Notes under the pieces: generated by a model
The model's database searches: none
The model's input: the letters and a program-made list of their open reading frames with translations, nothing else
What the model was told of the DNA's origin: nothing
Part shown: piece after piece, positions 58,455 through 64,000 of the stretch
How the letters are laid out: each line of letters starts with the position of its first letter
How positions within the stretch are numbered: the stretch's first letter is position 1
Made by a program: the position numbers and the translations under genes
From: Bdellovibrionales bacterium
Lineage (GTDB): Bacteria > Bdellovibrionota > Bdellovibrionia > Bdellovibrionales > UBA1609
Assembly: GCA_015163875.1 (NCBI GenBank)
Contig: JAAOIH010000001.1
Span: forward strand, 81,641-145,640
Reading direction: 5' to 3'
Length of the DNA stretch: 64,000 nucleotides

Positions 58455-59188
58455 GCAAAGAAATTATTAACCTAACAAATGTTAATAAATGGTACGGCGA
58501 TTTTCATGTTTTAAAAGATGTAAATTTAACTGTTAACGAGGGCGAGATTTTAGTAGTTTGCGGACCCTCTGGATCTGGAAAATCTACAATGATTAGATGC
58601 CTTAACCGCTTAGAGGAACATCAAAAAGGAAAAATTTTTATCTCTGGCACCGAGCTAAATAGCGAGGCAAAAAATATTAACCATATTCGCAAAGATGTTG
58701 GAATGGTTTTTCAACATTTTAATTTGTTTCCACATTTAACAGTTTTAGATAACTTAACTTTAGGCCCTATTTGGGTAAAAAAAGTTCCAAAAAAAGAAGC
58801 AGAAAAAAGAGCATTGTTTTATTTAGATAGAGTAAAAATAAAAGAACACGCATACAAATATCCTGGACAAATTTCTGGAGGACAAAAACAAAGAGTAGCA
58901 ATTGCAAGATCTTTATGTATGCAGCCAAAAATTTTACTTTTTGACGAACCAACATCAGCTCTTGACCCCGAAATGGTAAAAGAAGTTTTAGATATTATGA
59001 TAGAGCTAACAAAAGAAAAAATTACTATGATTGTAGTAACTCACGAAATGGGTTTTGCAAAAGAAGTATCAGACAGAGTAATTTTTATGGCCGACGGAAA
59101 AATTTTAGAAACCGCAAAGCCAGAAGAATTTTTTAACAACCCAAAACACAAACAACTGCAAACATTTTTGTCTCAAGTTTTAACTTAA
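58451..59188 (+). CDS. amino-acid ABC transporter ATP-binding protein (GlnQ/AapP-like)
   Basis: [37 protein letters not shown]. Start placed at ATG 58451 (an ATGA overlap with the permease stop) rather than the track start at 58391. Confidence 0.9.
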   Translation: MSKEIINLTNVNKWYGDFHVLKDVNLTVNEGEILVVCGPSGSGKSTMIRCLNRLEEHQKGKIFISGTELNSEAKNINHIRKDVGMVFQHFNLFPHLTVLDNLTLGPIWVKKVPKKEAEKRALFYLDRVKIKEHAYKYPGQISGGQKQRVAIARSLCMQPKILLFDEPTSALDPEMVKEVLDIMIELTKEKITMIVVTHEMGFAKEVSDRVIFMADGKILETAKPEEFFNNPKHKQLQTFLSQVLT

Positions 59189-59218
59189 AAATTTTATTTT
59201 CATAAGATAAAAAAAACT

Positions 59219-59382
59219 ATGTACCTGACCCTCAAGTCTAATTAAACAAGACTAAAAAACCATGTACCTGACCCTCAAGTCTTAAACCATGTACCTGACC
59301 CTCAAGTCTAATTAAACAAGACTATGTACCTGACCCTCAAGTATAATTAAACGGCATAAACGGCATGTACCTGACCCTCAAA
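59219..59382 (+). repeat. five direct copies of an 18-21-nt GC-rich repeat (atgtacctgaccctcaagtct) with irregular 6-22-nt spacers
   Basis: Copies start at 59219, 59262, 59289, 59324 and 59365. There is a possible degenerate sixth copy at 59418-59436. The array lies in the 314-bp gap between the ABC ATPase stop and the clpP ATG. Confidence 0.9.
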
Positions 59383-59502
59383 TAGGAGCTAAGGTCTAGT
59401 TAAATTTTAAACCAGAGTGTGTATTGGTCTCAAGCTTAACTTTTTGTGAGGTTAGCCGATAAGTCACCTGAAAGTTTAAACTAATTATTATGGAGATTAA
59501 AC

Positions 59503-60111
59503 ATGGCATTAGTCCCAATAGTCATAGAGCAAACCCCAAAGGGTGAGCGCAGTTACGATATTTATTCACGCCTTTTAAAAGATAGAATTATTATTTTAGG
59601 TAGCCCAGTAACAGACGATGTTGCAAACAGCATCATGGCGCAATTTTTTTTTTTAGAAATGGACAATCCAGACAAAGACATTCATCTATACATTAACTCA
59701 CCTGGGGGAAGTGTATCTGCAGGTTTAGGAATTTATGATTTAATGCAATTTATTAAATGCGATGTTGCAACTTACTGCATAGGGCAAGCTGCAAGCATGG
59801 GGTCTTTATTATTATCTGCAGGAACAAAAGGCAAGCGACATGTTTTGCCAAATTCGCAAATCATGATACACCAACCATTAATTGCAGGTGGAGGTATTTC
59901 TGGCCAAGCAAGTGATATTGAAATTCAAGCTAAAGAAATGATAAAAATGAAAAACAAATTAACGCAAATTTATGCAACCCACACAGGGCAAAGTGTAAAA
60001 GTTTTAGAAAAAGCAATGGATCGTGATAATTTTTTATCAGCACAAGAGGCTTGTGATTTTGGATTAGCAGACAAAGTTGTAACTAACAGAAAAATAAAAA
60101 AGGCATCTTAA
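59503..60111 (+). CDS. clpP: ATP-dependent Clp protease proteolytic subunit
   Basis: [16 protein letters not shown], catalytic Ser context [11 protein letters not shown], and His context IMIHQP. Confidence 0.97.
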   Translation: MALVPIVIEQTPKGERSYDIYSRLLKDRIIILGSPVTDDVANSIMAQFFFLEMDNPDKDIHLYINSPGGSVSAGLGIYDLMQFIKCDVATYCIGQAASMGSLLLSAGTKGKRHVLPNSQIMIHQPLIAGGGISGQASDIEIQAKEMIKMKNKLTQIYATHTGQSVKVLEKAMDRDNFLSAQEACDFGLADKVVTNRKIKKAS

Positions 60112-61388
60112 TGAGCAATAAATATTCTTGTAGTTTTTGTAACAAATCCCAATCAGAAGTTAAAAAATTAATTCAAGGTAACGGAGTATATATTTGCGAC
60201 GCTTGTGTTGATTTGTGTAGCGACATTATTGTAGAAGAGGCGTTTTCTAAGGGCGAAAAAGCTGATGGACAATCAGATGTATTAAATGTTCCAAACCCAA
60301 TAGAAATAAAAAAACATTTAGACGAATATATTATTGGGCAAGATCAAGCAAAAAAAATATTATCTGTTGCAATTCATAATCACTACAAAAGAATTATGCA
60401 ATCAAGCTCTGCAAAATTATCAGATGTAAATAAAGAAGTAGAGCTTGAAAAAAGTAATGTGCTTTTAGTTGGACCAACTGGAAGTGGTAAAACTTTACTT
60501 GCAAAAAGCATTGCCAAAATGTTAAATGTTCCGTTTGCAATTGCAGACGCAACAGTTTTAACCGAAGCAGGTTATGTTGGCGAAGATGTAGAAAATATTA
60601 TTTTATCTTTACTTCAAGAAGCAGATTATAATGTAGAAAAAGCACAACGAGGTATTATTTATATTGACGAAATTGATAAAATCACTCGAAAGTCAGAAAA
60701 TGTATCTGTTACAAGAGATGTAAGTGGCGAGGGGGTGCAACAATCTTTACTAAAAATTATAGAAGGCACTGTTGCAAATATACCTCCAAAGGGTGGACGA
60801 AAACACCCTCAACAAGAATTAATTTCTGTAGACACATCTAATATTTTATTTATTGTTGGAGGTGCTTTTGTAGGTTTAGAAAAAATAATTGCCCGCAGAG
60901 TTAGCAGTCACTCTTTAGGTATTGCAGCCGACATAAAAACCAAAGTTGATAAAGAAAAACAAGAAACAGAAATTTTTAAACACCTAGAGCCAAGAGATTT
61001 AATTCAATACGGTTTAATTCCAGAATTTATTAGTAGATTACCTGCTGTTACTTATTTAGAGCCATTAGACGAAGCAGCTTTGGTGCAAGTTTTAACAGAG
61101 CCAAAAAATGCATTAGTAAAACAATATAAAAAATTATTTGCACTAGATAATATTGAATTAAATTTTACACAAAAAGCATTGCAGGCAGTTGCAAGACTTG
61201 CATCTGTAAGAAAAACAGGAGCCAGGGGATTAAGAGGCGTGCTAGAGAATAAAATGCTAAACATAATGTACAAAGCTCCGTCAGAGGAAAGTTTAGAGTC
61301 TTGCACAATTACTAAAGAAGTTATTACAGAAGGTGCAGAACCAGATTTATCTTATGCAAAAAAGAAGTTATTAAGAAAAAAAGCTTAA
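60111..61388 (+). CDS. clpX: ATP-dependent Clp protease ATP-binding subunit ClpX
   Basis: N-terminal zinc ribbon CSFC...CDAC, Walker [12 protein letters not shown], Walker [11 protein letters not shown], and IPEFISRLP. Confidence 0.97.
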   Translation: MSNKYSCSFCNKSQSEVKKLIQGNGVYICDACVDLCSDIIVEEAFSKGEKADGQSDVLNVPNPIEIKKHLDEYIIGQDQAKKILSVAIHNHYKRIMQSSSAKLSDVNKEVELEKSNVLLVGPTGSGKTLLAKSIAKMLNVPFAIADATVLTEAGYVGEDVENIILSLLQEADYNVEKAQRGIIYIDEIDKITRKSENVSVTRDVSGEGVQQSLLKIIEGTVANIPPKGGRKHPQQELISVDTSNILFIVGGAFVGLEKIIARRVSSHSLGIAADIKTKVDKEKQETEIFKHLEPRDLIQYGLIPEFISRLPAVTYLEPLDEAALVQVLTEPKNALVKQYKKLFALDNIELNFTQKALQAVARLASVRKTGARGLRGVLENKMLNIMYKAPSEESLESCTITKEVITEGAEPDLSYAKKKLLRKKA

Positions 61389-61476
61389 AAAAAAAGATCT
61401 AACAAAAAATTATTAAGAAAAAAAGCTTAAAAAAAAAGATCTAACAAAAAATTATTAAGAAAAAAGCTTAAAAATA
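61368..61476 (+). repeat. 42-bp tandem repeat x2.6 spanning the clpX stop codon
   Basis: ttattaagaaaaaaagcttaaaaaaaaagatctaacaaaaaa occurs at 61368-61409 and identically at 61410-61451, with a partial third copy from 61452 that has one A fewer. Copy 1 contains the clpX C-terminus (LLRKKA) and the TAA stop at 61386-61388. Confidence 0.92.
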
Positions 61477-61630
61477 AATTTTATTTATTGTCACTAATGT
61501 TTTATTTAATGCTCTGCTTAATCTACTAGACTAATTTCTAAAATATTGCCCGACCAATTACCCAAAATATTAACTAAGCCCTTGTATAAAAATACACAGC
61601 TTTTATTCTAAATTAAAGGGGATAAGTATT

Positions 61631-64000
61631 ATGGCAGAGCAAAAAAATAAAAAGCATGGCAAAAAAGACGACAACAAAAAAAAAGACGACGGTGTCGAAG
61701 AAAATATTAAAAAACAACCTGTAAAAATTACGAAAGCCCTACCCCTGGTGCCACTTCGTGATTTAATTATTTTTCCAAATATGATGGTTCAGCTTTTTGT
61801 AAGTCGAGAAAAAAGTATTGCAGCACTAGAGGAAGCAGTAAAAACATCTTCAGAAATTATTTTAGTTACACAAAAAGACGCAACCTCTAATAATATTTCG
61901 CTAAACAATATTTATTCATCTGGAGTTATGGCATCTTTAGTACAATTACTAAGAATGCCAGACGGAATTGTAAAAGTATTAGTTGAGGGAAAAAAGCGCG
62001 GGGTGATTTCAAACATTAATGATGGAAATGAATTTTTTACTGCAGACTTTTTAGAGAAAAAAGAATTTTCTAGTAACGAAAAAGAATTAGACGCTTTATC
62101 TAGAGCTGCAAAAACTGCTTTTGAGGCTTACGCCAGACTTCATAAACAAGTTTCTCCAGCAAGCTTAATGAGAGTTTCATCTATAGAAGACCCAGCAAAA
62201 TTATCTGATGTTATTGCTGGACAAGTAAATTTAAAATTAGATTTTAAACAAGAGCTGTTATCTTTATTTGATATAAACAAACGATTAGAATATTTAATCG
62301 AAAGGGTACAAGGCGAAATTGATGTTTTAGAAGCAGAAAAACGAATTAGAGCAAGAGTAAAAAACCAAGTTAAAAAATCACAAAAAGAATATTACTTAAA
62401 CGAGCAAATGCAAGCCATTCAAAAAGAGTTAAGTGATGGCGATGACTCTGCTTCAGAAATTGAAGAGCTTGAGCAAAAATTAGCAGCTAAAAAAATGAGC
62501 AAAGAAGCTCACAAAAAAGTAACCAAAGAATTAAAAAGATTAAAATCTATGTCACCAATGAGTGCGGAATCTGGAGTAATTAGATCATATGTTGATTGGA
62601 TGCTTGATTTACCATGGGATAATTACATTAAAGAAAGCATAGATATTAAAGCAGCTCAAAAAATTTTAGATCGCGATCACTGGGGACTTGAAAAAGTAAA
62701 AGAAAGAATTATTGAGCACTTATCAATTCAATATTTAACAAAAACTATGAACGGCCCAATTTTATGTTTGGTAGGCCCCCCCGGAGTTGGTAAAACATCT
62801 TTAGCAGAGTCGATTGCAAAATCTTTAAACCGACCATTTGCAAGAATTTCTTTAGGCGGGGTAAGAGACGAGGCAGAAATTAGGGGACATCGTCGAACTT
62901 ATGTTGGAGCAATGCCGGGAAAAATTATTCAGACATTAAAAAAATGCGAATATAATAATCCGTTAATTTTATTAGACGAAATTGATAAAATGGCAACCGA
63001 CTTTAGAGGCGACCCCTCCTCAGCATTATTAGAAGTTTTAGACCCATCACAAAACCATACTTTTTCTGATCACTATTTAGAAGTTGAATATGATTTATCT
63101 AAAGTTATGTTTTTAGCAACTGCTAACTCACTTCATACAATGAACCGACCACTTTTAGATCGTTTAGAAATTTTAAGTTTAGATGGATATATTGAAAAAG
63201 AAAAATTTAATATTGGAAAACAATATTTAGCCCCAAAACAATTAAAAAAAAGCGGATTAGAAGATAGAAAAGTAAATTTAAGTGACGCAGCTTTAAAAGA
63301 TTTAATTCACTACTATACAAGGGAGGCTGGAGTTCGTAATTTAGAAAGAGTAATTGCTAAAACTTTTAGAAAGCTAGCAAAAGAAATTGTATCAGACGAA
63401 TTTAAATTAAAACCTGCGGCATCTGAAAAACCAAAACCAAAAACAAGAAACAAAACCGCAACAGCTGCTGCAAAAAAATCTGCAAAACTTAAGCAGCCAT
63501 CTTATAATATTACCTCTAAAAAATTAGTAGATTTATTAGGCGATCATATTTATAAATCTAACACAATAGAAAAACAAAACGAAATTGGATTAACAAACGG
63601 CATGGCATATACAACTGTTGGTGGAGATTTATTGCCAATTGAAGTTAGTAGCGTACCAGGGAATGGTAAATTTATTATAACGGGTCAACTTGGCGATGTA
63701 ATGAAGGAGTCTTGTACAGCAGCAATGAGTTATGTTAGATCAAGGGGTCCACTTTTTGGTTTAGACAAAGAAGTTTATGCAAATACTGATATACACATTC
63801 ATGTTCCAGAGGGGGCAATTCCAAAAGACGGGCCTTCGGCAGGGCTTGCGATAACAACAAGTATTGTTTCTTCTTTATTAAAAATTCCAGTACTAAAAAC
63901 AGTAGCCATGACAGGCGAGGTTACCTTAAGGGGTAGAGCTTTGCCGATTGGAGGCTTAAGAGAAAAAGTTTTAGCAGCACACAGAGGTGGAATTAAAATA
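61631..64000 (+). CDS. lon: Lon protease; C-terminal end cut by the window edge (790 codons visible)
   Basis: ATG 61631 with AGGGG upstream. N-terminal [26 protein letters not shown], Walker [10 protein letters not shown], Walker [11 protein letters not shown], and the catalytic Ser context PKDGPSAG. It has no stop in the window, so it is missing from the ORF track. Confidence 0.95.
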   Translation, partial: MAEQKNKKHGKKDDNKKKDDGVEENIKKQPVKITKALPLVPLRDLIIFPNMMVQLFVSREKSIAALEEAVKTSSEIILVTQKDATSNNISLNNIYSSGVMASLVQLLRMPDGIVKVLVEGKKRGVISNINDGNEFFTADFLEKKEFSSNEKELDALSRAAKTAFEAYARLHKQVSPASLMRVSSIEDPAKLSDVIAGQVNLKLDFKQELLSLFDINKRLEYLIERVQGEIDVLEAEKRIRARVKNQVKKSQKEYYLNEQMQAIQKELSDGDDSASEIEELEQKLAAKKMSKEAHKKVTKELKRLKSMSPMSAESGVIRSYVDWMLDLPWDNYIKESIDIKAAQKILDRDHWGLEKVKERIIEHLSIQYLTKTMNGPILCLVGPPGVGKTSLAESIAKSLNRPFARISLGGVRDEAEIRGHRRTYVGAMPGKIIQTLKKCEYNNPLILLDEIDKMATDFRGDPSSALLEVLDPSQNHTFSDHYLEVEYDLSKVMFLATANSLHTMNRPLLDRLEILSLDGYIEKEKFNIGKQYLAPKQLKKSGLEDRKVNLSDAALKDLIHYYTREAGVRNLERVIAKTFRKLAKEIVSDEFKLKPAASEKPKPKTRNKTATAAAKKSAKLKQPSYNITSKKLVDLLGDHIYKSNTIEKQNEIGLTNGMAYTTVGGDLLPIEVSSVPGNGKFIITGQLGDVMKESCTAAMSYVRSRGPLFGLDKEVYANTDIHIHVPEGAIPKDGPSAGLAITTSIVSSLLKIPVLKTVAMTGEVTLRGRALPIGGLREKVLAAHRGGIKI

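Noticed and set aside
59219-59382. A CRISPR-like reading of the clpP-upstream repeat cluster
   Set aside because: The repeats are only 18-21 nt. The spacers are 6-22 nt, of irregular length, and partly identical to one another (AATTAAACAAGACT occurs twice). No cas genes are in the window.
59219-59382. HspR/HAIR operator (CTTGAGT-N7-ACTCAAG) suggested by the CTCAAG core of each repeat
   Set aside because: Only one half-site orientation is present, because the repeats are direct. No inverted partner lies at the required 7-nt spacing, so the resemblance may be coincidental.

Overview
This is 64 kb of a visibly AT-rich chromosome (about 30% G+C by eye, not computed) from a diderm, LPS-making bacterium. 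Nearly all of it is tightly packed core housekeeping, and from 25.6 kb onward almost everything is on the + strand. The gene order is: eno-ftsB-polA; dapF; ung-aroB-aroA; tRNA-Lys/tRNA-Glu-folA-ileS-lspA; purA; lptE-holA; rpsT/murJ; ybeY-prfB-lolCE-lolD; bamA-skp-fabZ-lpxA-lpxB-lpxK; tsaC-ribF(N-domain only); the type IVa pilus block pilB-pilT-pilC-pilS-pilR; an NFACT/RqcH-like gene; a GldA/F/G-type ABC-2 system with a DUF4340-like protein and a GHMP sugar kinase; rmuC; an AapJQMP-like amino-acid importer; clpP-clpX-lon. The pil gene order, the GldG-type system and the base composition would fit a Bdellovibrionota/Oligoflexia-like or myxobacteria-related lineage, but that is a guess. I see no transposase, integrase, phage gene, CRISPR array or recognisable defence gene. 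The ORF track misses several things: an edge-truncated ORF of at least 905 codons (1-2715, minus), edge-truncated lon (61631-64000), two tRNAs, the prfB +1 programmed frameshift, and several over-extended starts. I do not find a convincing wholly new multi-gene system. The best candidates are (i) an orphan CpaF/TadA-type ATPase flanked by unknown ORFs and a large exported protein (1-5160), and (ii) the run pilBTCSR - NFACT - ABC-2/GldG/DUF4340 - GHMP kinase (39.3-54.1 kb). The most distinctive directly visible signal is repeat biology. Tandem duplications span the stop codons of polA, purA and clpX. Short tandem arrays fill promoter regions: 11 bp x6 upstream of a secreted HExxH protein, 12 bp x9 between rpsT and murJ, and a 21-nt repeat x5 upstream of clpP. 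Frame-preserving CCAAAA-type hexanucleotide tracts sit inside several unrelated genes. All protein calls rest on motifs and synteny recognised by eye; no database search was run.
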